Origin: Histomonas meleagridis 2922-C6/04-290x
Lineage: Eukaryota > Protista > Parabasalia
Direction of reading: 5' to 3'
DNA length: 64,000 nt
NCBI GenBank assembly: GCA_020184695.1
Contig: JAANOX010000011.1
Span: 124,001-188,000, forward strand
Shown piece after piece: positions 11,085 through 22,529 of this stretch; position 1 is the first letter of the stretch, and each line of letters opens with the position of its first letter. Both the position numbers and the translations under genes were made by a program. The notes beneath the pieces were generated by a model. The model was not told the DNA's origin, searched no databases, and worked only from the letters and a program-made list of their open reading frames with translations.

Positions 11085-13982
11085 ATGGAAATTCAACAAA
11101 TATCACAACTTTTACAGTCATCAACACATGTACAAACAACAGAGGAAATCAATTTAATTGAGGAACAAATAAAAATTCTTTTGAAACAACAAGATTCACC
11201 ATTTATTTTTTTACAGATTCTTCAAGATCCCACTTTATATCAAAGGGGTGCTGCCGTTTATCTTCGGAAATCACTTTCGCGTTATTGGAAATTATTAGAT
11301 TTTGAAAAAAGGGCTCTAATTCGAACTCAATGTGTTCAATTTTTAGCTTCTTTTCAATATACACCTGAGGTTTTTGAAATATTTCTTAACACAGTTGAGT
11401 ACATTTTTAAACATGATGAAACAGAATGGCCTGAACTTCTTTCCTTTATCGTCAATCTTTATCAATCTGGGAAAAGCATTCTTATAACTACTCTTCTTAT
11501 CAACGAAATCATTTTCCATATGGAAACTGAGAAGGTTGAAGAAAGAATGCCTTTTTTTCTTGAAGTTTCATCTGTTGCCATTCAAAATGAAGACATAATG
11601 ACCAAAATCCATGGCGTTACTCTTTACCAAAAAGTATGCATTGTCACACAAATTAATCCTAATTCAGGAGATCATATCATTGCTATTTTTAATTTAGCTG
11701 CCCAACTCACTCCACAGTTGAATATCGACCAATGTCGACAACTCTGGAGTGCTGTTTCTGATCTTCTTGCTCTTGAATTCATTCCAGATGAGCTTATCAG
11801 TCAATTTATCAATCTCGTTATGCAATTTAGTCCCAATCCCGAACTTGACGTCCAAATCCGTTCACTTGTTCATGCGTCACTTTTCCCGCTATTAACCCAA
11901 TTACCAACAGATGTATTATCCATTTATTTATCAGTATCGTTAGACATTGTTGCGACAATTATAAAACAAGACAATGAAATTCCATCCGATCAATTTGATG
12001 ATTTTAAATTCTGTTCTAAGAATATTGAGCATGAAATTATCTATCCAATTATTCAAGAAAAGATATCAATGGCATTACAATCTAATTCACCATATCATCA
12101 AATTGCTGGACTTTTATTATTTACAGTATTAATAAAAAAAATTCCAGAACTTACATATAAGAACATTGAACAAATTATTAATTTAATACAAACGTCGATT
12201 ATGTCTGAAAGTGATTTATTTAGACAAGCAGGCTTAACAGTAATTCAACAATTTGGTATATCGATTCAAAGTATTAATACCTATTGTCATCAATTAATTC
12301 CAGGTGTTATGTTAAATTTAATTTCACCAAACCCAGATATACGAACATTAGCATATATTGCTTTTGATTCATTAATAATGTTAATTGATACTGAATATCC
12401 ACAATTATTAGAGAATTATGTTAGTTTAATACCGAATGTTAATGAAGATAACATTATAAAATATTTAGATGAATTACCAAATGTTATTAATAATTGTAAA
12501 GAAATTAATGATGAAGAACTTGACCAATTAATATCATTCATTACACAAATAACACAAAGTAATAATTTAGAACAAAAAGCAGCTGTATTAAATTGTGGGA
12601 TTTCAATATTATATAAAGATGAAACACAATTAGAGTTTATATTATCAATAATGTTTCCAATTGTATCTGAATGTATTGTTTTTGAGGATGATAAAATCAT
12701 TATTCGTTCTATTGAGTTTTTAGGAGATATTACATTGTTTTTAAGGAATGATACAATGAAATATATTCAACCATTCATACCACGATTAATTGAAATCTTA
12801 AAATATCATAAAAAGAATGTCCCAATACTTGAAGTTACAATCAGTACATTATCAAAAATTACCAAATTTTCGGGTAATTTAGCACCACAATTATTTATGG
12901 AATTGATACCATCAATTGAAGACGGAATTAAATCAGGTACAAAATCACTACAAACAAATTCACTAACAGCAATTCAGAAAATATGTAAACTTTTACCATC
13001 TGATGTTAAATTAAAATATTTCCAATCATTAACTAATATAATTAATGAAGAAGTAAATCTTAACCTTGTATGTTCTACATTTGATACACTTAAATCAATT
13101 TTAAAGAATTCTGATGAAAGTATTATCAATGAAGTCTTAAATTTAAGTGTAAATTTAATTAAAAATGTTATAACTTCTCAATCAAGCATCCTTGATGAAA
13201 AACCTTTAATAACGTCACCAAAGTGCGCTGTGTTGTTAGAACATTTTTGTGGTTTCTTAAGTCCATTTTATAAATATCAAACGCCAATTAACGATGAACT
13301 ATGTCAATATTTATTACAATGGTCAACTAAAGATAATGAACTTGAATTATACCGAATAACAGATACATTAACAGAATGTATACAATATCAAACAGTATCA
13401 CAACCAATGATGCAATTAATATTACAAAATTTGATATCTAAAATACAAAATGCAACCGAACCAAATTTGTTACAAAACTTGGCATATTTATTAAATTTAT
13501 TAATACAAATGAATGAAAATTTATTGAAAGATATAATGCAAATGATTCCAATCATCGAAAAATGGAGAGAAACTTGTATAAATAATAAATTTGGTTATCA
13601 AGATACATTATCGAACATCGCTTCTTTGTATTTAACAATAGCTTCGAGAATTCAAATTCAAGAAGATATTGTTATGTTCGCAATAAATGAATTCCCTCCA
13701 AACGATATAACAGAAACAAATAATATGGCTGGAAATATATTAAAAATATTTCCGAATATTTCTAACCCAAGAACTTTGATAACATTAGCGTTGGCAATCT
13801 CAAAATTGTTGGTAATGGACGAGAAAAAAATACAAAAAACAAAAATTTCAAAACAAAACTTCGACGGCTTAGTGGAAATATTTAGAAAGTTGTGTACAAA
13901 TAATGAAATTTTGGGTCAGGTCCAATTATCTGTCGGAAAACAAAGAAATAAATTAAGGAAAATAATGAGTATATTACAATAA
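11085..13982 (+). CDS. Importin-beta family karyopherin (importin-4/5-like, HEAT repeats)
   Basis: IBN_N-like N-terminus (QRGAAVYLRKSLSRYW), WPELLSFI motif, ~965 aa all-helical. Confidence 0.75.
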   Translation: MEIQQISQLLQSSTHVQTTEEINLIEEQIKILLKQQDSPFIFLQILQDPTLYQRGAAVYLRKSLSRYWKLLDFEKRALIRTQCVQFLASFQYTPEVFEIFLNTVEYIFKHDETEWPELLSFIVNLYQSGKSILITTLLINEIIFHMETEKVEERMPFFLEVSSVAIQNEDIMTKIHGVTLYQKVCIVTQINPNSGDHIIAIFNLAAQLTPQLNIDQCRQLWSAVSDLLALEFIPDELISQFINLVMQFSPNPELDVQIRSLVHASLFPLLTQLPTDVLSIYLSVSLDIVATIIKQDNEIPSDQFDDFKFCSKNIEHEIIYPIIQEKISMALQSNSPYHQIAGLLLFTVLIKKIPELTYKNIEQIINLIQTSIMSESDLFRQAGLTVIQQFGISIQSINTYCHQLIPGVMLNLISPNPDIRTLAYIAFDSLIMLIDTEYPQLLENYVSLIPNVNEDNIIKYLDELPNVINNCKEINDEELDQLISFITQITQSNNLEQKAAVLNCGISILYKDETQLEFILSIMFPIVSECIVFEDDKIIIRSIEFLGDITLFLRNDTMKYIQPFIPRLIEILKYHKKNVPILEVTISTLSKITKFSGNLAPQLFMELIPSIEDGIKSGTKSLQTNSLTAIQKICKLLPSDVKLKYFQSLTNIINEEVNLNLVCSTFDTLKSILKNSDESIINEVLNLSVNLIKNVITSQSSILDEKPLITSPKCAVLLEHFCGFLSPFYKYQTPINDELCQYLLQWSTKDNELELYRITDTLTECIQYQTVSQPMMQLILQNLISKIQNATEPNLLQNLAYLLNLLIQMNENLLKDIMQMIPIIEKWRETCINNKFGYQDTLSNIASLYLTIASRIQIQEDIVMFAINEFPPNDITETNNMAGNILKIFPNISNPRTLITLALAISKLLVMDEKKIQKTKISKQNFDGLVEIFRKLCTNNEILGQVQLSVGKQRNKLRKIMSILQ

Positions 13983-14308
13983 AATATTATTTCAATATTA
14001 TTTAATTTGGTTATAAAAAAAGTGATTTATGAATTAAAATAATAAAAAAAAATTAATTAATTTAAGAATAGCATAAAGTGTTTGAAAAGAGATCTGCTAC
14101 TTGACTTACACTGAGATATGGGATACCCTATTTTTCTGCAGTAAATAAGCAAAATAAATCCGATAAAAACATTCAATTTAAACTATAATTAAAAGCTTCA
14201 TTTTTCTTTGTATGTAACTTCAAAAAGTCGGTGGCACTTTTATCGTTTTGAATGTTTACTTGGTCAAAAAACCTGAGAATAAATAATCCAACTTGATTCC
14301 AAGTTTGG

Positions 14309-15661
14309 ATGTATAAGGAAAGAAACACAAATATAATTGACTTAGGCATCTTTGATGCCAAGGTAACTTCTGTAAAATTGCGCGAACATAGAAAAAAAAT
14401 AAATGTTCCAGATATAAGTTTTATTAATCAAATAATCGGGTATATTGAAATGCTAAGCAATAAGCCCAAAAGGTGCTATGCTTTAAAGAAAATTGCAGAC
14501 AGTTTAGCTTCAACACAATATGACATAACAAAAATATTGCTTGGAAAAGATGGGTTCAATACTTTAATTAGTATTTTACCGGAAACTAATCTACGTGAAA
14601 CGGAAGCCTTATTTTCAGTATTTGTACAACTTGCTAGTAGTTCTATTTCCTTTTCAAAATATTTTTATCAAAATCCAAATGATATTTATTCTAAATTTCA
14701 AGTATATCCTTGCCCACAAGCAGTATGTTTATTTTCCATCATCGTTTCAGACAATTCGAACTTTATTAACTATCTCCAACAAAATGGCATACTATCATAT
14801 GCTCATCAAGTTCTTGGAGAGAATCAAACAAACATCGAATTAATAGAGCCTTTTGCAAACCTCTTTTATCTAATAGCCAAAAACAATCTTATTCTAGCCC
14901 AATGTTATGCTGATGATCAAATTAATTATTTTAACAAATATTGCGATATATCCCATTTATTCTTTAACGCGAACACTCCAGTGACTGTTCCAAGTGCTTT
15001 GTGTATGTTTTCGGAGCTTTGTAAAGTGACTTTTGTTTTTTTTGATCAATTATTTCCAACCGAAATCATCAACAAAATTTACGAATTTACCATCAAAAAA
15101 CAATATTTCGATGAGGTTATGCATCTTTTTATTAATATTGCAACATATTGCGTACAATTTATAAATGTATTCTTCGATGAACAATCGATATTATTTTCGG
15201 GCATTAAGCGGCATATTATACATTCTATAAAGGACGCGGTCTTAATAATCCCTTTACTTACGTTATTAGTTACATATTCTGATGAAATGGCAAATTTGAT
15301 ATATGAATATGAATTTCTCCAAACGATGCAAGAATACGTTCAAAAGTTTTCGTATAGTGAAAAGGAAACTTTTTTTGACTTCTTTAGTAACTTAACGCTA
15401 AAAATTGGAATTCGAATGTTGGATATTCCTGAAATTGATTTCTTTGCAATGGAAACTTTCCAGTTCATTGAAGAATCTACAAATGACGATCTAGTAATTC
15501 TCGCGTTAAATGCGTTTCAGGTTTTGATGGATTGTTCGTTATATCTTGGAAATCATATTACAAAAGAAGACTATGTAGAGACATTAGAAGAACTAAGTGA
15601 AACCACTGAAAACGAAGAAATCCGCAATCTAAGTTCAACATTAGCTTCCTCATGGCATTAA
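14309..15661 (+). CDS. ARM/HEAT-repeat protein (divergent importin-alpha-like)
   Basis: 450 aa ORF with LREHRKK IBB-like patch, helical repeats and C-terminal VETLEELSETTENEEIRNLSSTL. Confidence 0.5.
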   Translation: MYKERNTNIIDLGIFDAKVTSVKLREHRKKINVPDISFINQIIGYIEMLSNKPKRCYALKKIADSLASTQYDITKILLGKDGFNTLISILPETNLRETEALFSVFVQLASSSISFSKYFYQNPNDIYSKFQVYPCPQAVCLFSIIVSDNSNFINYLQQNGILSYAHQVLGENQTNIELIEPFANLFYLIAKNNLILAQCYADDQINYFNKYCDISHLFFNANTPVTVPSALCMFSELCKVTFVFFDQLFPTEIINKIYEFTIKKQYFDEVMHLFINIATYCVQFINVFFDEQSILFSGIKRHIIHSIKDAVLIIPLLTLLVTYSDEMANLIYEYEFLQTMQEYVQKFSYSEKETFFDFFSNLTLKIGIRMLDIPEIDFFAMETFQFIEESTNDDLVILALNAFQVLMDCSLYLGNHITKEDYVETLEELSETTENEEIRNLSSTLASSWH

Positions 15662-16453
15662 ATTCAATTAAATATGAAACACTATAAATTTCGACCAATT
15701 ATATTCAGAACAAATTGTTCCTGATTAGTTTTATGACTATGAGTTTCATTATGTTAATAAACATTTTCTTACACAAACAAGAAAAGTGACAATTGTTGAA
15801 AAATTTAAACAAAATTAATATGTCAATTTATGTTCTAAATAAAGTCATTGAGGAAAATCACATTTCAAAACGAATTATATATTCATAAATGTATTTTGTT
15901 ATCAGATATTCATATAAAATAAAGAGTATGAATTTGTATTATGAAATTTATTTTTTTTTTTTTATATAAATATGGATAATTATAGTAAAGTAATACCCTA
16001 ATATAAAAAGTATTTAATATTATGATAATTTGTTTCCTTAATTATTTTAAAATAAAAAAGTAGAAAGAAAAAATCACTAAAAAAAAGAGAAAAAAATAAA
16101 AATGGAGCAGGGAGAAGAAAAGAGAAAGAGAAAAGAAAGGAAAAAAGAAAACTTTGTAATTAAAAATCATTTCGAGAAACTAAAAATAGTATTAATGACA
16201 CATTTTATTTCCATATTTACTTATAATTATAATAAGTATTAATTCTTTATTATTATTTATTTATATATGATAACTATAGATATTTGTTGAAAAAGTAAAT
16301 CAATAATTTCAAATCCACAAGAAAATGATTCAATGAAAATAAAATTTATGAAGTAAAAATGTCACTCCATTTCTCATTTGAAAAAAATTTTGTAATTAAT
16401 AAAAAAACATTAAAAAAACATGAGGTGAGCTGGTTGTTATGATTTACTTATTC

Positions 16454-16481
16454 AATTTCCGGCCGCTTGCGGTGGGAAATT
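16454..16481. other. Isolated GC-rich inverted repeat/hairpin
   Basis: AATTTCC-GG-CCGC-TT-GCGG-TG-GGAAATT inside a 1.9-kb ORF-poor AT-rich gap. Confidence 0.6.
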
Positions 16482-17532
16482 TTATGAAGTACATTATTAT
16501 ATAATAGATTGTATTCTAATTGATATTAATTTCAATTAAAATAATGTCTATTTAACTTTAGAAATATAAATGCTTATAACAAGAAAATACGATAAAAAGC
16601 ATAGAAAAGACGATTAAAAACAATTCAATTATAAAAAACGAAACTTAAAATGAATAGAGAGGAATGGATATAAGAGATATAATGAAATAAATAACATCAA
16701 CATATTGTAAAAAATATTCAAAATAAAGTAATAGAGAGATATTGAAGAAATTTTGAAAAAAATTTCACTCGCAAATTGCAATATAACTTCATTATATTAT
16801 CATGTTATTTTTTAAATTTATAATATATATACCAATGTTATTAATTTGATGTAAGAGAATTGTATTTAAATATAAAAAATAATAAGATTATTCTAACGTT
16901 GTTCATTTATTGCAAGAGAATTATATTTAAATATAAATAATAATAAGAAAAATATATTTGAAAACAGGTTTTTCATGTTCCAACATTTTAGGTCTTTTCT
17001 ATGCTTTTTGATCGTATTATCTTATTATAAACATTTTTATCTCCAAATCAAATAATAATTTACTAAATAATATGGTAGCATCAATTGGAATTATTATGTT
17101 GTTTATTATATTTCAAAATTAATTTTCATGATTTTTTGATTTTAAAATGAATAGAACTTAATATTAACTGAATATAAGTCAAAATTAATGAAAATTTTGA
17201 ATATACCATATAATTCTAAAAAATGCAATAGAGAGATTATATCAACTTTTTAATTTAAAGTGAAATTGATTATCTATCATAAAAAAAATTAAAATTAAAA
17301 TATTTTAGTATTTAACAAAGAGTATTAATAATTGTAAATATTTTTTTGGGTTTACAAATTAAAATTATAAGTGTGTATTGATTTATTAACAAAACAATAT
17401 TTTTTTGGTGGCGACCGTTTGGAGTACAAGCTTACCACAATGATAAGACAAAACTGACACATATAACGATAGAATTTTCCATCGTGCAATTCAAAATTCA
17501 ATTGAATTTTCTATCGTTATGTAAATTAAACG

Positions 17533-18408
17533 TTATTTTTTCTCATCCCATGATTCAATGCATGTTTTGTTTCGACATGCTTCATCCCATGCATCCCACC
17601 ACTTCTTATTATATTCCATATACCCGCAGCCACAATTCAATGTATTCATCCTTCCACATTTCCATGGCTTCTTACATACAAAATGAATTACTTTAACCTT
17701 GTTTTGCTTCAAACGGACGCCAAGGCCTCTCTCATGTGTCCTCAGAGCGTTGTATATCGGTGGTAATGCTGTGAAGCCTCTGAAGAATGCATTGATTGAA
17801 CTTTGGTCACCAATTCCCAAACGTATAGCATCAACACGTCCGAGCTTATCCATTTTTTCAAATGTACCATTCTTTGGTTCAATTACTAAAACACCAGTAT
17901 TACATATTTGCGGGGGATTGACATCTGGTACACACGAAAGTTGAGAATAGTTGAAAAGCTCATCAACCGGTTGGAGAATGAAAATATCTGAGTCAAAGTA
18001 AACAATTTTTTCATATTCAGTAAAATTCCACATATGAAATTTATTCCATGAACGTCTGAAATGTTTCATGGGGCGGTATTCGTTCACTTCTCTGATGTCC
18101 CACCATTGCTTTAGAACTTCACGCCATGTTGAATTGACATCTTTAGTGATAAGGCAAACTCTTTCATACTTATCTCCATGATAGAGTTTAAGTTGATGAC
18201 CAAGAACAACAGCGCCCATTGCAAATGCTGGAGTAACTAATGTTGCAAAAGCTCTTCGATGTGAAGAATTAGTTGATTTGAGCAATTTTCCAAAACCTTG
18301 AGTGTTAGATGGTAATACTTTTGGATCTATTTTTATAATAAGAAAGAATGAAATGAAAGTAACAATTATAGGAATAAGATTAAGGAAAATTTGATCAACT
18401 ATTCCCAT
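17533..18408 (-). CDS. GT8 glycogenin-like glycosyltransferase
   Basis: N-terminal TM, KIVYFDSD (DxD), CNTGVLVIEP, GDQSSINAFF, HFVCKKPW. Confidence 0.85.
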   Translation of the reverse strand: MGIVDQIFLNLIPIIVTFISFFLIIKIDPKVLPSNTQGFGKLLKSTNSSHRRAFATLVTPAFAMGAVVLGHQLKLYHGDKYERVCLITKDVNSTWREVLKQWWDIREVNEYRPMKHFRRSWNKFHMWNFTEYEKIVYFDSDIFILQPVDELFNYSQLSCVPDVNPPQICNTGVLVIEPKNGTFEKMDKLGRVDAIRLGIGDQSSINAFFRGFTALPPIYNALRTHERGLGVRLKQNKVKVIHFVCKKPWKCGRMNTLNCGCGYMEYNKKWWDAWDEACRNKTCIESWDEKK

Positions 18409-18714
18409 TTATGTTGTCTTCATCTGTTTATTGAATACTTTATGCGAAATGTGAACTCAATGTAATTTGGGATAGCGACTTTTCATAGGATAATCACGGT
18501 TTGAATTTACATTTTCCTATCGTTCTTTCCAGATCAATACCAATTTTGGACTCATTTATTGCTATTTTAGTTGAATTTTCACAAAATATTTATACAGCTT
18601 TGTATCGATTATATATATAGAAAATAATTAAGTTTGATAAAGAGTAACCATCTAAACCACTCCATTTATCGTTTTTACATTTTATTTTAAGTTCACAACG
18701 TTAGGTTCGAAAAA

Positions 18715-21700
18715 ATGAAAACCACTGGACGCTTTGAAGAAAGCGTAATTCTCATTCAACACTTTGACACTGTTTCGAAAACAGCGAACTCACTTATTAC
18801 TGATGATTTTGAAAGTTCAAGCTTTACTAGTTTTTTTTCTCAGAATTCATCCATAATGATTCAATCTTCTTCTTCAAAAGCGGATAGTGATAATGCTGAT
18901 AAATCAAGAGACTCGCCTTTACTAAGTCAAGATCCTATACAAATTCCTTCTGATAAACAAAATTCTTATGTTCAATTCATCCAAAAATACAAGACATCCA
19001 TCTCAAAAATAGATTACATTTGTCAGTGGTTATATTTAACAGAAACGCATCTACACACGATTGCTGGTAAATACCCAATAATTGATATTCAATGGGGATT
19101 GCCAGTAACAATCAATATTTGCAAACTTTTCACATATTTTTGCCAATTAGTATATGTTTTTACGCAAAACAGCAACAAACTTAAATTTTTTTGGCGTTGT
19201 TATCGTTCGTCCAAAGTTTCAGACATCAATATTGTAACTGACAAAGTTTATATTAATGAATTTGTGGAAACCCTTGGATTAAAGACCACATCTTTTATTT
19301 ATAACCATCTTGAATTTATGAAAATTCAAATGTTACAATTCATGAACTTAATTCTACCAACATTTATTCCTATTTTTGGTTCATTTGGTTCCTTTGATTG
19401 GAGTATCTTAAGTGCCGACAACAAAGATGATGTTAAAAGGCATTCGACACTTGCTCCGACCACTTTTCTTACACTTCAAAATCTTTCACTTTTCAGAGAA
19501 ACCGTTCTTTTCTTCTCAATTCTTTTCCCGGGGAATTTCACCTCCAATCATCAATACAAAGAAATACTTATATCGCTTTTAACTGATTGTCCATGTTTTG
19601 TTTCATGTTTTCATACTACTATCCAATTCCCATCTATTTTTGAGACATTATCTCCTTTATCATCTGATACATTACTTTCTGCTGTTAAATCAGCAGAACA
19701 AAAAGGTGCAACTTTTCATCGTAAGAGAAACCAACTTTTATTAGCTTTATTTGCAGATTATTTTGATCATATAGATGTTGATGATACAATATTAGTATAT
19801 CATTATGATGAAATTTTATCACTTTTAGGCATATCATTTTATCAACTTTTAGCCACAAAAGATTTAAACTTTGAAATTACAATAACAATGGAATTAATTG
19901 GTAATGTATTTCGTATGATATCATTATTTATGGAACATAAAACTCAAATACAACGCGTTTTCTTATTTAACTTGGTTACGTTAGATGTTCCATACATGGA
20001 AGACTTACTTAATTTCAACACATCAATGCCTCCTCATGAGAAAAAAATTGCAGACCACATTTCAATACTTATTCGGTCGCTGGAAATCTTAGATTTACAA
20101 GAATTTGACAACGGTTTACGATACGATTTTCTACCGTTTTTGATCACCCACGGCCGTATCGTTCAGTTTTCACTATCCATTAAATCCAAGTCTGATGGAT
20201 TTTCATATATGAATAGTATTTTAGATCATTTATATACTATTCGAAGGCATGCAGAATTATGTCGATCTCCAATAGATTTTATCACTAATGTATTTCAACT
20301 TTCGTCAATTTTTAATTCAGGCACTGACTTTTTTGAAATTGTTAAAAACACAAAAATCGAATTATCCGACATCAAGTATTACTTAGTTGCATTTTCGATG
20401 TTTCCAGTCAATCAAAAGAATGAATCTGCATTTCGACATATGTGTGATTCATTTGTACAACGTATCGTTTCATCATTATGTGGGTTTTTGAAGCCCGACA
20501 ATCAATTTGTAGCCATTTCCAAGCAAGCGAACTTAGATCCTTCTTTTGATATCGATAATTATATACCGTTTAGAGCTCAAAACTCAAAATTGGGACTTTA
20601 CAACAGCGCCTCACAAAACACCGTAAAGTTCACAAACGCGTTGAATGGGTTTCAGGGCATCCCGAAGGTGATAGAGTACGGGGCCGTTAAGTTCCCATTT
20701 CACGAACGGTTTCTATCGTCGTTCTCAATCAACATGTGCAAAAACATATTCGGTAATAATAATAGTCCAATTACTATTAATGCATTATTAGTTGCATTTC
20801 AAAATTATTTACCTATATTTAATATCTTCAAAATCTCATTTTTGAATTTCGTTAAAAGCTTTTTATTAACGACTACTTCATTACCTTTCAAACCTTCATT
20901 AAAAGATCAAAACAAAATGTTCTCTGGAGAATCTAAAGCCTATACATGCTCTGTTTATATCGAAAATTATATGAAAGAAATCGAAACTTTTCTTCAAGGT
21001 AAATATACATCGTTTAGATATGAGCCATTAGGTCGAAGATTCATAGGTAAGGCTGAAATAGGTGATGGGAAGCATGCCCTTGAAGATTTGGTGGGTCTGC
21101 AGCCGATGTTGAACATCATAAAAACTTTCGGCATGCCAGCGGCCATTCAGATTGATTGCATTTTGATGTCCCATATCGTTAACCGTTTGATGGTTATATT
21201 GAATTCCTTTGAAAAAGCTAAGACGATACTCTCTGAATTGGAATTCAAGTTTTACAACGAGGGAACAATTCAATGCGATAAAACTACGTTCGATCAAATA
21301 AGAGAAGCTTCTGAATCTTTGTTGGTAATGGGTTTGCTCGTAGAAGTCAGAAAGATTTTGTCAGATGCTCTCGAAATTGCATATACCGACGCATTCCCTG
21401 GATTTTATGACTCGTTCATCTCTGCATTCCAAAGAATGTTCAAGAAATGTGGCGAAGATGACTTTACTTTCATCGAAGCAGTCGAGCCATCATTAAGTAA
21501 TTATTTCTTGGAAAAAAGAGTGAAGACTGTTTTGAAGAACGTTGTTAATCCAATCCCTTTCTCGTTTTACTTAGGTATGTTATTGGCAAATGACAAATGG
21601 GACGATTTAAGATTTGAACCCGAAGATGATCTTTTCACACATAACTTACAACTCATTCCTGGAGCAGTGGAGATGATATATGAGCTGGCTCCAATACTTT

Positions 21701-21927
21701 TTACCAAAACTGATACAAATGCAATTGATGATGCAATCAAATTTTTCTTCACAATTGCATCTGGTGTTGCAACCGAAAAAAGGAAAATAAATCAAAAACT
21801 ATATGACTCGTTTGTCATATTCATTGATCATTTTCCAGCTTTGACTAACTTGTTCCACTATGGAATCATCGAACATGCATTTCCTTATTCAACAACAAGA
21901 GCTTGTTACGTTGACATTGCGACATAA
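18715..21927 (+). CDS. NCKAP1: NCKAP1/Nap1/Hem subunit of the WAVE regulatory complex (divergent)
   Basis: 1070 aa; C-terminal HNLQLIPGAV...IEHAFPYSTTRACY resembles Nckap1 (NNIHCLA...ESCFPYVLLRNAY). Confidence 0.65.
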   Translation: MKTTGRFEESVILIQHFDTVSKTANSLITDDFESSSFTSFFSQNSSIMIQSSSSKADSDNADKSRDSPLLSQDPIQIPSDKQNSYVQFIQKYKTSISKIDYICQWLYLTETHLHTIAGKYPIIDIQWGLPVTINICKLFTYFCQLVYVFTQNSNKLKFFWRCYRSSKVSDINIVTDKVYINEFVETLGLKTTSFIYNHLEFMKIQMLQFMNLILPTFIPIFGSFGSFDWSILSADNKDDVKRHSTLAPTTFLTLQNLSLFRETVLFFSILFPGNFTSNHQYKEILISLLTDCPCFVSCFHTTIQFPSIFETLSPLSSDTLLSAVKSAEQKGATFHRKRNQLLLALFADYFDHIDVDDTILVYHYDEILSLLGISFYQLLATKDLNFEITITMELIGNVFRMISLFMEHKTQIQRVFLFNLVTLDVPYMEDLLNFNTSMPPHEKKIADHISILIRSLEILDLQEFDNGLRYDFLPFLITHGRIVQFSLSIKSKSDGFSYMNSILDHLYTIRRHAELCRSPIDFITNVFQLSSIFNSGTDFFEIVKNTKIELSDIKYYLVAFSMFPVNQKNESAFRHMCDSFVQRIVSSLCGFLKPDNQFVAISKQANLDPSFDIDNYIPFRAQNSKLGLYNSASQNTVKFTNALNGFQGIPKVIEYGAVKFPFHERFLSSFSINMCKNIFGNNNSPITINALLVAFQNYLPIFNIFKISFLNFVKSFLLTTTSLPFKPSLKDQNKMFSGESKAYTCSVYIENYMKEIETFLQGKYTSFRYEPLGRRFIGKAEIGDGKHALEDLVGLQPMLNIIKTFGMPAAIQIDCILMSHIVNRLMVILNSFEKAKTILSELEFKFYNEGTIQCDKTTFDQIREASESLLVMGLLVEVRKILSDALEIAYTDAFPGFYDSFISAFQRMFKKCGEDDFTFIEAVEPSLSNYFLEKRVKTVLKNVVNPIPFSFYLGMLLANDKWDDLRFEPEDDLFTHNLQLIPGAVEMIYELAPILFTKTDTNAIDDAIKFFFTIASGVATEKRKINQKLYDSFVIFIDHFPALTNLFHYGIIEHAFPYSTTRACYVDIAT

Positions 21928-22529
21928 TGTGGAAAAAATAAATATTTCATAATAAGAACATTTTTTATGTAAAAAGTTTTTGTGAAATTTGAAATTCTTT
22001 TTTCGTAATTGGATCGGTGTTTAAAAAAATTGAAATTTTATTTGTAGAACAACGAAATGTTATAAACGCGAACGTGAATTGTACAATTTGAATCAAGTGT
22101 TTCGAATGAATTCACATAGATTGCTTGTTATCTTACTAAGGCTATTCCTTTGTGCGGGTAATTGCATTCCTTTGAGTGCCACAGAAAAAAAACAAATTTG
22201 TGGCTTAGTAACTTGCTAAATTTGGGAATCAGTAACATCAATTCAATACGATTTAAATCTTAATATTAAAGAACTAAATGCTTTTGAAATTATAAATAAT
22301 TATAAATCATAACAATTTTTCTCTTTTGAAAATTTTTTATGAAAAACAAAATTATCTTGAATCAACGTGAAATAAACTCTTAGGTAACCAAAAAGTTTTT
22401 ATCATTTTTAATATTTATTACATGTTCAAGATAATTTAGTCAAAATATGCAATGAAATGATTTGGTCATGTGATGTGAATTGGTGGACTAAGTAAAGCTA
22501 TCAAACTGTGGAACGCTATAGCGTTCTTT

